The notes: generated by a model from the letters alone, not told the origin. Positions 12,979 through 26,410 are shown, counted from the first letter of the stretch. The stretch is DNA of 64,000 nucleotides from Auanema rhodensis (GCA_964057225.1 OZ059896.1:8494001-8558000); one strand, 5' to 3'. Made by a program: numbers and translations.

Positions 12979-13576
12979 ATCAAGAGAGGGAGAAAGAAGG
13001 TAAGGAGATAGGAGGGAATTGGGAAGGTTGTCGAATATTGAGAAGACGTGGGAAACGGAATAGATAACAGAGATTATGCCTGTAAGGGAAGGATAGTGAG
13101 AGAGAGGGAAAGAGAGAGAGAGGGAAAGAGAGGAAGTAAGAAAACAAAACAATGATGGTATGGCGGAAGACAGTAACCAATTTATAATTCTACTTACTTG
13201 GGTGATGATGGCACGCAGGGAAGAAGCTTTGGTATAGAGAATTCAGAACCGGATTTATAAAGAAATTTCGCAGAGTATTTTTCGAATAAAGAAATCTCTT
13301 CACAAAGTGAGAAATTGTTCAGATTAGTAAAAGAAAGAAAAAACTATTCAAATGGTCCTTAAGAGGGGGTTATAACATTCATATATCATTGACCTTGATA
13401 TTTGAAAAAAATTATTTGATAAAAGAAGTAGAGTACTTCAATACTAATCATTGGTAATTGTATTATATTTTCAAAAAATGTTTCTTTTTCTTGTTTTAGT
13501 TTGTCTAATATTGTACAGCTGATGTGTGAATTTTTTATTTCGTAATCGGCGTCTAGAATTGAGAATTGAGTTCTGC

Positions 13577-14654
13577 TTAACGGCGTGTTCCGTCCTCGAA
13601 GAAGACACCTCCGTCGATGGCGCAGTACTTGGGGCAGATTCCCTTCTCTCCTGGTCCTCCTGGGTTTCCAGCTGGTCCTGGAGCTCCTGGGTTTCCGTCT
13701 GGTCCTGGTTGTCCTGGTTGTCCGTTTGGTCCCTTTGGTCCAGCTTGTCCTATAAGGTTTTTATATATGAATAAAGATTGTGAGGATTTAATGTTTTACC
13801 TGGAGTTCCATCCATTCCTGGTTGTCCTGGTTGTCCTGGAGTTCCTGGTGGTCCTTGTGGTCCTGGGGCTCCTGGTGGTCCTGGTTGTGGGTACTCAGAT
13901 GGAGCGTCTTGTCCTGGTTGTCCTGGCATTCCTGGGGCTCCCATCTTTCCTGGGTTTCCTGGAGCTCCCTTTGGTCCTGGTGGTCCTGGGCTTGGGTATC
14001 CGGTGGTTTGTCCTGGGAGTCCTGGAAGTCCAGCATCTCCTGGTTGTCCTGGCTGTCCTGGTGGTCCTGGTGGTCCTGGTGGGCATGGCTTGCATGGTGG
14101 TGGAGTGATCTCGTTGCATGGTTGCTGAGGTGGACGTCCTGGGTTTCCTGGGAGTCCTGGAGCTCCTGGTCTTCCTGGGTTTCCTGGCTTTCCTGGGGTA
14201 CCAGCTGGTCCAGCGGCTCCTGGAAGACAGCAAGCATTGCAGTCTCCTGGGCGAGTTCCGTAGTTGTTTCCTCCATTAACTCCGCTATCATATCCATCAT
14301 ATCCGGCTTGACGAGCAGTTCTGTTTCCGGCTGGTCCAGATTTCAAGTGGCTGACTTCAGACCAGATATCTTTGGCAGATGACTGAAATAAATTAAAATT
14401 ATTAAATATAATAAATGAAATAAGAATAAATTAGTTGATGTATGTGAATAATAATAGTTTGAATAAGAATTGTAAAATTATTTTACCTTGCAGAAGTTGA
14501 TTTCGTTGTGCATGGATCTCTTGACATGGTGAACATAGTTGTAGACCATGGGAAGAGTGACGCAGACCGAAAGGACTGCGACCACGGAGAAAGCAACAGC
14601 CGAATAGGCTACAAAGCGATAAGCTTTGATACGATGGATGAGTTCGGATTCCAT
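13577..14654 (-). CDS. Nematode cuticle collagen, paralogue of the 10630 gene (introns 14383-14486 and ~13750-13798)
   Basis: [20 protein letters not shown]..., RTAR, CNACC, Gly-X-Y repeats and the same C-terminus [21 protein letters not shown]. Confidence 0.97.
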
Positions 14655-14702
14655 ACTGAGTTGGTGACCCGAGACTGGCTACCTTTTCACTGCTGGCAGT
14701 AG

Positions 14703-14710
14703 TTTATATA
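14703..14710 (-). promoter_or_regulatory. TATA box of collagen gene 2
   Basis: TATATAAA on the minus strand, about 50 nt upstream of the ATG at 14654. Confidence 0.55.
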
Positions 14711-15903
14711 GTGTTGGAGTAACCTCCAAATTCTTTCCAAAAAACCGAATAATTAAAATCGTATTCTAAAGTAGGCAACTCTTTTTTCTCTTTCACTGTC
14801 TAGTCTGCTCTCATTCTTAACTATACTATATAATGTTGCCGTCTCTTTGCCATCTTAACACATTATGTCTTTGAGTCGAGTGGGCCAATCTACCGATAAA
14901 ACTGAATACCGTAGAAAGTTTCTGATGAGATTCTTCAATGATCGTGGCAGTTTCTAACTTAAAATTATCGTTAATTCTTCAGTTTCTTAACGAATAAATT
15001 GAATTATCACAGTTTAAATTACGATAAAGTGATGAAAATCTGCGATTATTTCCAATCATATAGTGTTAACAGGAATTATATTATCTAAGTATTCGTAAAA
15101 CACATAAAGCTAATATATTAATGATTTATATATAGTATTTCTATTCAAAAATATGTCTACCAATAATTTTATGGCCAGCATGAAACATAATTTAGAATTT
15201 ATTATTATATGTTGTGTTCAATCCTAAATCTTTCTTCTTTTTTCTTAGTAAATTAAATTATAAATTAAACATTATAGTTATGAAGTATTGTTTTATTAAG
15301 TTATATATTTAAAATATTATTTATAATTAATATAATTATTAAAATATTTTTATAAGGAATATTATGATTATTACTTCCTTGATAATCAAAAATATTTTCT
15401 AGACCTTGAAAGTGACATCATTAGTTTCCGCGATTCGTAACAAACCTTGAAACAGCATCTATAGATAACTCAATATCATCGTTTAATAAGAGATTGCGTT
15501 GTTTAGAAATAATTGAATGTAAACTGAAATCTTTCTAGCATATAAGAATTTTGAAAGAATAAGTCATTGGAGAATTAGTTTCATGTCGGAATTGCTTTCA
15601 TGAACTTCTATTTCATATACTTCATGTATGATATACTTCATGCTCGATAGGAAAAGAAACTTTTTATTTGAAATTTATTATCAATATCATGTTTTATATT
15701 TATTTTCAATGATTTATAAGAGTTTGTATATATATATATATATATATATTCTGTATAATTAAAAAATATTCATTTATAGGTGGTAAATATAGTTAAAAAT
15801 TTATTTATATAAAAAGAATTGAGGTAATTGAAACATTATTTCATTGCATATTTTACCGTAATAACATTGGGCATATTAAGCTTTTGTTTGTTTGTTTATT
15901 TTT

Positions 15904-18641
15904 TTAGCTGAAAGCACGTTTGATCGGAGTTTCATTTATGCGAACTTTTTGTTCAATTCCGTATCGGAAAATACATGATCCCTTAGTCTCAAACTTCGCA
16001 ATCTGAAATAAAAAAATGTTTTATATGATTTATTTTATTTTTTAAATTATTTCAAGTACTAAAAATCAAGTGTATTCTCCCTCATTGCGCATATTTGGTC
16101 ATCGTTTAGTGGTTTGAATCAGTCATTTATGAGGCCAACTAGAAGAAGAGGTGAAGATGAGGGTATGGCAACTAGCTATCTATCTATCGGCACATTCAAT
16201 GTTTTGTATTGTATTCATTTGAAAATAAAATAAAATCTAGAAGTCAGAAAGTCATTTTAAGAATGGAAAGCCAGGCACTTAGAAAACTAGTCAACGTATT
16301 TGAGAGAGATTTTGTCATCGACAATAGTGACTTGATGAACACCTTTTCTGTTCTCATGAGGATTCTCAAGCTAATACATGCAATTCAATAGAAATACCCT
16401 ATATAACTCTTTTTTTTTTCAAAATTTGGTGAAGTATCTGAGTGAAAATAAAAACAAAAACTATGTCCTGTTTGACCATTCATGATAATTTCATTCTGAG
16501 GATAATTCATGTTAAAGATATTATATGAGCATAGTCGCATATGGCTTGATTTGAAAACCCAAGCGCATTGTTCAGATTTGTCGAACATCTGGCACTTTTA
16601 TGAACAGACATCCGAAATCAATCAAAATACACATATATATTTCGAGATTCAATTAAATAGTCTTTGAAAATTTTTACTTACATTGCCTTCAAATGAAAAT
16701 CCCTTAGATGAATAATCTGGTCGACGCTTTATAATATCTCCGATATTTCCTTCCAATACAGTTACGAGACAGTTATTTTCTTTTAAATTTGTTACTGAAA
16801 AATAAAAATATTATTATAGTATAAAGTAAAATATTATATTTTTCCTTTTTTTCAATATTAAGATTTTAATTTGGGGCATTGTTTTCAAAAAAAAAAACAA
16901 AAAATGAAATTTAATTTTACTCATGAGATCCCTTTTTTTTTTAAAAACATTTGTATTTGTAAGTGATTTGACATGTTGCATCTCCTTATATATTCTATGG
17001 ACAACACATTCAAGCAATGTATGTATGTATTCATGTCATGTCAACGACAATTGATATTTCAATTGGTTTTACTTAGTGTTGCAGTATAGAAACGACTATC
17101 TATTTCTTCATCTATCTATCTTTCTCGTTCAATATTTTATCTATTCAATTCATTTAAGCAAAGACAAAATGAAGGAATTGAGTTAAACGTATTGATGAAC
17201 AAATGGAAATGTTGAAAACTTTTTTCAAAAAACTTTAACCAACCTGTTACTAAAACTTTTCCACTTAAACGGTTTTGAATAGTAAAATCTTTTTTGCATT
17301 GTTCTTCCATAATCACAAGCTCAGCTACTGTTTCGGTATTAGGTGGAACTCGAACAGACGAATCAACACCCCAAACTAGCTCTTCTTCATTTGTATTTTC
17401 ACCTATAAATTATAAGTTTTAGTGATATTATGAAAATATGATATGATTAAACCTATGTGATTTAGCATAACTTCATGATGGAAACCAGCATTTGCCTCTA
17501 CAACTTCACATGGAGTTTGTAGTTTCAAATTTACTTCCATGCCTCGACAAACTCCTTTCTCAATAATTACAGTTGATGAGCTTCTAAAGCATATTGCATA
17601 AGAGAAATATGGCCAAAAATCATTCAAACCTTGTGCATCGTTCAGTTTTGAAAGAATATTCTTGCTCTCTCTGGGTTGTGTTAGCAAATGTTGTTTTGAA
17701 AAGTACCTTTTCCGCTTTTGGCTGTAAAAGTTATAGATAATTATTAAATTTTTTAACATTTATCTTACGTTTTTGATGACTTGAGGACCATTCTCATTGT
17801 ATTCTGGTTCAGTTGATTCTTGAAAGAGTTTTGTCCAATTGATATTGTACTGAAATAAGAATTTAATATACAGTCGTGATCATATCCATCAGATAAGAGA
17901 AGCGGCTTAGTCAATTGGCCTCAAGGGAAATTCACCGCAATTGAATTTAAGTTGCAACATCTCCAAATATTATCGAATAAATATAAATTGATATGGTTAG
18001 CATCAAGTTTAAGATATTAAAGTAATTTTATTATGTTAATTATATGAAGAGAAACTAACAAAAATTACATTCGTGGATATTTCAAAAAGCAAAAGCATTT
18101 GGTAACCCGTACCGATTTTATGATTGGAACTAAGGCTAATGTAATGAAGTTGCGCTATCATTCTCATTCAATATATGCTAACTGCTTCAAGTGTCTTCAA
18201 GCAATTATTTATCGGAAATTGAGCACATCCTCTAGCTTCAGAGTAGGTCCACAGAGGCCTACATATGGTCATCTGAATGGGAAGGAAACGGGGAATCAAA
18301 CAGATTACGAAGCATAGCAATCAACAAATAATTTCCTATCTAATTCCCTGAACGAGTATCTCGTAGTATTTCAAAACATCGTTTTATATTTAACTCTAAC
18401 ACTTTTCTAGTTTGAGCTTACCGATAGATATTTCTTCTTAATCTTGGCGTCAGCTCGAGATTTTGTAGCATCAAACATGAATTTAGCCCAATCAAGAACA
18501 ATTTCTTCCAAATCCACCAAGTTCATAGTTGATTCCTATGTAAGAAATATTAGTAATAAGATATGTTAGTGAATATATTACTCTATTTGAAGAATTAATA
18601 AACGTCTGAGGCTCATTATGTCTATTTGGGTTATTTAGCAT
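15904..18641 (-). CDS. lin-24: LIN-24-like aerolysin/ETX-MTX2-type pore-forming-toxin-like protein (start at 18641 or 18526; may extend further 5')
   Basis: Spliced product MNLVDLEEIVLDWAKFMFDATK...VLFKTTFANTTQREQEYSFKTERCTRSSSTVIIEKGVCRGMEVNLKLQTPCEVVEANAGFH...GENTNEEELVWGVDSSVRVPPNTETVAELVI...KGSCIFRYGIEQKVRINE. This Ser/Thr-rich beta-strand pattern matches the ETX/MTX2 family and recalled LIN-24. Confidence 0.85.
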
Positions 18642-21445
18642 TTTTTCAGTTTCGAATGAAGGTGGATTCTGTGGAGATAAGCAACCTGCAAGTATAAATT
18701 ACTTAAAGCTATTCAACCTTTAAATGAAATTTTATTTTTTATTTGTTTTTATTTGTACGATAATAAGCAAAAATTATGAGAGGAGAATAGAAGAATGTGA
18801 ATAGAGAACCAAAAATACTAAATGTTGGATACTGTAAATCAATAGCCGCAGGCCATTGGCAGCAGCCAGCAAGCAGGCTCCATCATAATCGATTTCACAT
18901 TAAAAAGAAGTTTTAAAGGGTACGGTAGTTGAAAATCCTCTAACAAAATTTAGATGAAACCTATATTAAAATTAAAATTTGAAAAAGAAAAGCATAGAAG
19001 AAGATGCCTCTTCTCTAAGGTCATAGTATCTATTATCTTTTTTGAACAGAGAATATTTGAATTCGCATTTGAAGTTCAAAATCAAAAATCTAAGAGTTTC
19101 AATAGGAAAAAACTGTTGGCCAATGATTCATGCAGACCTGATGTGAATGAATCAAAATAAAAAAAAAAAATTCAAGAGATTTTCAAGTTAGACATCGTTG
19201 AAAATGAAAATAAAATGTAAAAGTGTATGTGAATATACATGTAAATCTTGAAATAGAAAAACTAAAATCTCTTTGTTGAAATGATGTGAGTAAAATTTAA
19301 AACAAAAAGAATTTTATCGTTGATGTTAGGGGTATTGACCCTACAATCGGAAGTGCTGGAAAAATCAAAACAGATGTGAGATGAGAATCGATTAGAAAAA
19401 CGACAAAAAAAGTTGAAAGAAAAGAAATTAATATTCTGAAAGAAAAATATTTAGTTTAGAAAGAAAATATACAGAAATTGTTCTTAGTAATACTTCAGTT
19501 GAATCTGAATGAAATGAGAATAAATGAAGTTGCTAGCGGCACTATGTAGAAGTGAATACGATTGTGAAAATGTTTCATAGCAGTACGATTAAAATTATGG
19601 AAATTTGTTTATATTATCGTTTGAAACAAGTTTTTTAATATTAATCATAATCTTCATGAGAAAATAGAGAAAGCACAGGACTGTCCGCTCAAGTTATCTC
19701 AGGCAATACTCTCCTTTCCCAAATTTTTGCTTCTCCTTCTTCATACAAATTATGATATGTAGGAGAGATCTAAGTCTTTTAAAAAGAGAAAAGAAATTAT
19801 TTTTTTCTTTGAATTTCAGATTGAAATACGTTGAGTAAACTTACCACAAAGCATAATTCTCTGTCGGCTTCTGAATGCCGGCGAGTCAGTAGGCAGGCTG
19901 GAAATGAGGCAAACGGAGGCGGGGAGCTGAGAGAAAATCGTCGAACGAAAGGGGGGGGGGTGAAAAGAGGCGAGAAGGTTTGCGGTCATAGTGTATGGTC
20001 TCTTCACTATTCAATGCCTCGAGTTTTCAGGATTATTGCTCGGATTAAAAAACCGGAACGATGTAAAGTTATGAAAAATAGAGATTTTTTCGTTTTTACA
20101 AGACAATTACTAATTATATTTTTTTAGAAGAAAGTTATAAACAATTAAATATTTTAAAAATTGATTTTGAATAACTATAAGAACAAGAAATTTTTAATTT
20201 TATTCTTTTTACTTTTACGTTTATGAGTTACTTTCTTTATTCTTATACACATATATAAGGCTGTAATTCTGATTGCTCATTATAAATATTTCCATGTGAG
20301 TAAGCTTAATCTCATTTTCTTCATTAGGTAGAAAGCTGAGCTGCTTATTCAATCGGCTCAATATGATTTATAAATTGTGAATTTATTGAAATAATGTTTT
20401 AAAATACATAAATGTTCAATCGAATATATTTGTTCAATCAATTTGTTCCATGTTTAGTCATGATGTTTGAGAGCACAAACACAGTCAGCCACTATTGCTG
20501 ATTGTTGGAAAGCTTTTGAAAAAAAAAGAATCAAGAAATGGTAAAATGACTTTACTTTTCTATCGGAAATCATAAACGTATTGTGAAAATGAAATTTACT
20601 GACATTCTCTAGATTCTCATCATCTTGAAAACGAAAAGAGACACCTTATGTATACATTAATGCATAGGTATAACCGGATGTTGTTACATGGCATGTGTAT
20701 GGCAAGCTAATTGCTGTAATTGAATATGACCAATTGGGATGAAGCTTTTCATATTGACTGAATCGATTTGTGTCTTATTCGGAGTAATACAGGTAAATAT
20801 CCTCTATGTTAATGTACGCATGGGTATATACTTTTTATGAAGCATACAAGAAAAAATTTACAAATAATTTTTCAAAATCGAAATATTTTTGGAATTTGTA
20901 ATAAAATTGTTTAATATTCGTAATTATTTTGTGTATTTTTATTATTTTAAATCCAAACAAACCAATATAAGAGATAAAGTTGGTGGATAATATATATCAT
21001 ATACAAACGTTGCTAACTATTTGATAAAATAAAGGAAAAGATAAATTTAAAAGAAAACAATTAAAATATTAATAAAACTTATAGAAATATAATATAGCAT
21101 TTTTCCACTTGTTCTAAATATAAATTATGATATATTCAATATACTAATTGTAGTAAAGATTACTATAATTTTGTGAATTTATGCTTACACTGTATTCATA
21201 TTTGTAATTTTTTAAATATTTGAAGCTAATATTTTATTTTATTACATATTTGATTAATATTCAATTATAATTAGATTATATAAACAGAAAACAGTTTTAT
21301 TTTTAAAAGATCATTTTCACGTAGCTTACGTGAATCAAGCTTACTCTATTTTTTCTAATAAAAACTGATTTTTCGGTTGTGCACAATATCGCCAAACGGA
21401 AATAATTTTTGATTTTTTGATTAATTCCTTCATTGCAAATAATTG

Positions 21446-23026
21446 ATGGACCCAAAAAAAGCTTTAGCGAAGAAAAAAACAAAGACATTTGAATTCGAAA
21501 TGACCTTTGACGAAGAAGCTACCGATGAGGCGCTTTCGCGAAAAGTATCAGTTTCTTTTCTAATTTTTTGATTTTCATCACTAAACACTTAGAAATCCCG
21601 CAACCGCACTCCCAGTCGAGAACGATGTTCATCCGTTGAAAATCGGTAATATTTCATTTTTATTTATTTACAACCTGATGACGTTTAGTGGGAAAGATAT
21701 TGAGCAGTTACTTCATCAATTCGTGGATTATGTAGCAGATCAAGGTTAGTATTAAAGTAAATAAATATAAATTATTATGTTTATTTAGGTATCGAAGGAA
21801 TGAGAAATTTATTCAAAAATGAACTTTCACCATATACACCTGATAGAAATTGCAATGCTTGGAAAGCCAACAAAGATAAGAACCGATATCAAGTATATAT
21901 TACTTATAATACTTTTTTGATAATCATAATTTGAGGATATCATGTGTTGGGACGAAACAAGAGTCAAACTGACTTTTAATGTACCTCCTTGTACTGATTA
22001 CATTCATGCGAATTGGGTGAAATTTGATAATCATGAAAGAGCTTTCATTGCTTGTCAAGTAAAATTCAATTCAAATACTTAATTCGCTATTTATCCTAGG
22101 GCCCAATGCCACATACCGTTGAAGATTTCTGGAGGATGGTACTTCAAGAACAAACAACCAGAATTATGAACTTGACTAATGTTAGATTATTACAGATATA
22201 TTACAGATAACTTTTGAAAAATTGTAGAATATTGAAAATGGAAAAGTGAAATGTCATCAATACTGGCCTGAAAAACCTGGAGAATATCAGAATTATGGAA
22301 AGATTTTTGTTCATAATAAGAAAGTATGCAAACTCATAAACATAAAAAACAAATATTTTTAGTTAGATAGAGTGAACGAAGGAATTAATGTATATACAAT
22401 TGAAGTTTTACCAGAAGGCTGTTCTAATAGTACATTAGGTATGTTCATACAGCTTAAACATTCGAAACTGCTTAACTTAGTAAAACTGATTCATGTTACT
22501 AACTGGCCCGATAGAGGTAATCCTTTGGATGGAAGGGATGTTCTACGTATTCTTAGAGTGATGTCTACGGTTTTCGATATCCTAATCAGCGTAAAAATAT
22601 CATAGTATCATTCTAGGCAGATACTCCACGTAACGATGCTATTGCTATTCATTGTTCTGCTGGCATAGGCAGAACAGGAACATTACTTTTGATTGATATA
22701 GTGCTTCAAAAATTGTTCAAATCCAAGGAATATGTCGATGTGAAAATATAATTAGTTCAAAATACATACATTCATTTGATCATTTAAGTTACCTCAAATA
22801 TTCCGAGCTATAAGAAATCAACGATCGCAATCAATACAAAAAGAAGGTCAATTTCTTTTTGCAATGGCGTCAATCTTAGAATATTTGGATGTATGAGAAT
22901 TCGATTAACTTCTATTCTTATATCCCAGGAGCAAAATTTCAGTTACGCTTTCCCAAGATGTTCAAAGAGAAATGTGAGCGGTTTCGTAAAGAATTCAAGC
23001 AACTTTGTAATGATTCCAAGATATAG
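21446..23026 (+). CDS. Classical non-receptor protein tyrosine phosphatase (nematode-expanded type)
   Basis: KNRY, DYIHANWV, IACQGP, DFWRMVLQE, KCHQYWP, WPD loop (NWPDRG), catalytic HCSAGIGRTG, Q-loop SIQKEGQF. Confidence 0.95.
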
Positions 23027-23274
23027 CTTATTTTTCAATATATTCCAAATAAATCTTAATTTACGAAGTTCATTAAAATGTTGTCATGCCAAAAACTTTT
23101 TGGAAAAACAGCACAAACCATTGTTGTCAAATTCAACAGGAATGCCTATACTCCTCGCCGTTTGCTAAAAAATCTTTACGTACACGTTAAATTAAGACAT
23201 GAATCATGTTGGTTATTCACCTTTTTCTAATCGTATTTTAAATAATGCTCTGATTGGTTTTTTTCAGAACTTGG

Positions 23275-24632
23275 ATGTTGCGAGCCTTGTTTCCTCGTAA
23301 AATAAATTATGAGCTTCTTCGTTGCGCATCGGGAGTAGCTACCACAACAAATTCTGGTCATGGAAGTTTTCGGTTAGCTTGTTGTAGTAACACTATAATC
23401 GATTCGTTTCAGTGGTTCGATTGAAAAAGTTGTAGATTCCTATGAAGATTTTATTGGAATAAAGGCAGTAAAAGAAGCTCAATCCGGTGTTATGATGGTT
23501 AATATCTTGTTTTTACTTTCGTAACTGTTTATGTTAAGTGGGAAGAAAAATTAAGTGAAGCTCAAGTTCTAAGGAGGGAGAAGCAGGCAGAAATCAAAAG
23601 TATTCAATCCAAATTGAAGGATATTCATATGGAGTTAGATCGAACAAGTCGAGGAGAAGACAAGTTATTAAACATTAAAAATTTTAAATTCAGAATATTA
23701 GAAATTTAGATTTCTTCATTTACTTACTGAAGAGCATGCGTTGTTCAAACAAGAACGTTTTTTGCTAGAATCATTCGAACAATTAGAGACTGCTGAACGG
23801 GAAGCTTTTCATAAACTATCAAATAGGTATATTTTTTCATATAAAATTATTTTAAACATTAATTTCAATTTTAAGAGTGAGAGAAAGTCATGAAAAAGAA
23901 AGAGAAAGGGCCGAAAAAACAAAATGGTGGTCTGTGAGTGCTTCTTTGGTTGGAGCCTTAATTGGAATCATTGGAACATCAATTGGTATACCTTTGTATT
24001 CTTTATTTTTTTTTTATTTTATTGCATTTAGGAAACGAGTTGAGAATGCAAAGACTACGAGAAATGCTACCAATTGGAAGTGCTAAGATGGGAGAACTAG
24101 CCCGTATTATTGATGAACAAAATTCAACGGTTTGTGTTTATTTATTTAATTTTTTTTTGATAAAATATTTCACTATTTTGCAGGTTCACCAATTTATTTC
24201 TGAAATGAAGGATGCTCTCAAGTTCGACTCGGTTAAAGTTGAACCTGCAAAAAAAGTTCAAATTTCAGATGAGAACATGGAAAAGGTATTACAATTTTTC
24301 TTTTAGTTTTATTATGTGATAAGTTTAGGTTTTGGCTGCTATTAAAGATGAAAATTCTCGTTTATCGGCTCAAATGGCTGAATTGTCAAGACTTGCTCGT
24401 TTAGAAGCAGCACTGAATGCTGATCCAAATGCAGTGGTTGGAAATTTTCCCCAATTTTTTTAAAACGGATTTTTAGGTTTATGTTGGAAACGAAATGGAG
24501 CATTTGTTAGAGCAAACGGAAAGAAATTTAGAATCTAAAATGAAATTACAAACCCTTCTATCAGTTGTATTTTTATATACAGCAATAGGTGTAACAGTTC
24601 CGCTCGTATTTGCATTCTTCCGTGGTGGATAA
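23275..24632 (+). CDS. CCDC51: CCDC51/MITOK-like mitochondrial coiled-coil membrane protein
   Basis: Basic mitochondrial-type presequence, [52 protein letters not shown] + TM1, and a C-terminal TM2. TTTTCAG acceptor just before the ATG. Confidence 0.85.
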
Positions 24633-25408
24633 CATTAGGCAAGGCTACTTGAGGATTCCTACGATCATCTATATTTCCACGATATAGATTTAGATTCTCA
24701 TACTGACTTAGAGACGATATTGTAGATATTTTATATTAATTTTGTAACGTGAACGGGTTTAGTATATACTAGATAAATACATCAAATTTAAAGTTTATGT
24801 GTTTCTCTATAATCATTAAACGCTTTTTCCCGACAACTTCATACATACTTGGGTGATCAATGCATGAAATCAGGTAATTTATTGAACAAATCGCATATAA
24901 GTAGCGTTGGTCTCGACTCTCCCACGTGTTTGGCTGATTACTTGTTCGTCAAAATTCTTTTGAAAGCTGTTGCAAATGAGATATGTTTTTACAATATACA
25001 AAGCACATTATTTTAATTAGTTTTAAGTTTCTCTTTTTTCGAATTTAATTAATCTGCAGTGAAATTTGCTCGTTTGCATTCGAGATGATTATGTTTGAAG
25101 GAAGTGAACTGAACTGATTTAGTATTGTTATTAATATGACAAATTCTTATAATTTTATTAATGCTGTTTAAATAACTAAAATATTCATAAATTATATCAT
25201 GCGATGAGATCATTTCCTATACGTTCTAATGAACTTTTTTCATTATTTAACTTTGTATGTTCATGCAGAAAATAGTTTGTATCTATCTTACACTATGATC
25301 GTTCATATTTACTTCCCGTTTTGAACTTTCTGTACATATCATTATTGTCTCAGGAGATCAACTAGCATAAAATTTGGTCAGCTGAAAATTGAGTAGTTGA
25401 GTAGTTTT

Positions 25409-25546
25409 ATCTATTTCCCACAGTCTGCCAGATCGAGACATATGACGTTGTCAAGGTGGTATGTAAGAAGTATATATTTCATAGGAGTACGGACGGAATA
25501 TTCATTCAATCTCGTGTCTCGATCTCGCAAACTGTGAAAAATAGAT
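25409..25546. repeat. 32-bp imperfect inverted repeat (28/32 match) with a 74-nt spacer; possible MITE remnant or hairpin
   Basis: 25409-25440 atctatttcccacagtctgccagatcgagaca versus the reverse complement of 25515-25546, atctatttttcacagtttgcgagatcgagaca. Confidence 0.7.
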
Positions 25547-26410
25547 CAAGAAGTAAGTCGACGTCTCTCAGTCTCTAGATCTTTATGAGTTCTGCTCAAC
25601 AAGTTTTGAGAACTTAACAGCTTGTTCAAAAAAATTGTTTCAATCACATTTATTGTTTAATATTTAAAACTAATAAGTTTTTTATGAGATTATTATAATT
25701 ATGAAAATATAATTACTATTGTTAGTTGTTTGGTCGCATTTTGTTTTTTAGCCTGCCCCCAGAACTTTCATAGGTAATAAGCTTCAAATTATTAAAATGT
25801 TCTTTGGCAGTCATTCCGATTTTTCCGATTTCAATGAAGTATATGGAATTGCCATGCTACTTCAACATTTCTTTTCAATATTCATTAATTTATTATATTC
25901 TTAATCAGACAGTTAGTATCTCAATATCTTCTGTTTTATTCGATTTTGTATTTGAACAAGTCAGTGCTATGAGATCTGAAATAATTCACACATTGACTAC
26001 TTTGACGATTGCTTCACTGATTATCATAATATAATGTAATATCTCATGAAGCTACTGTTCTGTTTTTACTTCCAATTAGAAATTTAAAAAAAGTTAATTA
26101 CATTCATTATCCATGCAGTTTGTGTGAATATTCTCATTATCATAAGTTAAGCTAAATAAAAAGAATGATTTGTCATGCATTTTTAATCTCACTCTTTAGT
26201 TCTTACAATAAACCAAATCATATTAATCTTATATCATGAATATTTCTATTAACTACTCTCTTCATAATATATATTTGAATGTAATGAATAATATATTTTA
26301 AAGTTTTCAGCTATAACGTGACTGCTTCATTTCATTGTTCATTTGTATTTCAAGAATGTTCTGAATGTGTATGCACTTGATTTATTAATATTTCTTCCTT
26401 GTGAATCTTC

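Noticed and set aside
12796-13180. 118-aa and 66-aa ORFs with LSLSLS runs
   Set aside because: Translations of the (GA)n/polypurine tract.
13526-14382. Equivalent overlapping ORFs over collagen 2
   Set aside because: Same collagen codon-bias artefact.
16209-16620. Short ORFs inside the last lin-24 intron, and similar ones at 18099-18317
   Set aside because: No recognisable motif and I could not build a consistent spliced model; lin-24 is complete without them.
19816-20127. GC-rich patch with 63-98 aa ORFs upstream of lin-24
   Set aside because: No coding signature; more likely regulatory or repeat-derived, but I cannot specify which.
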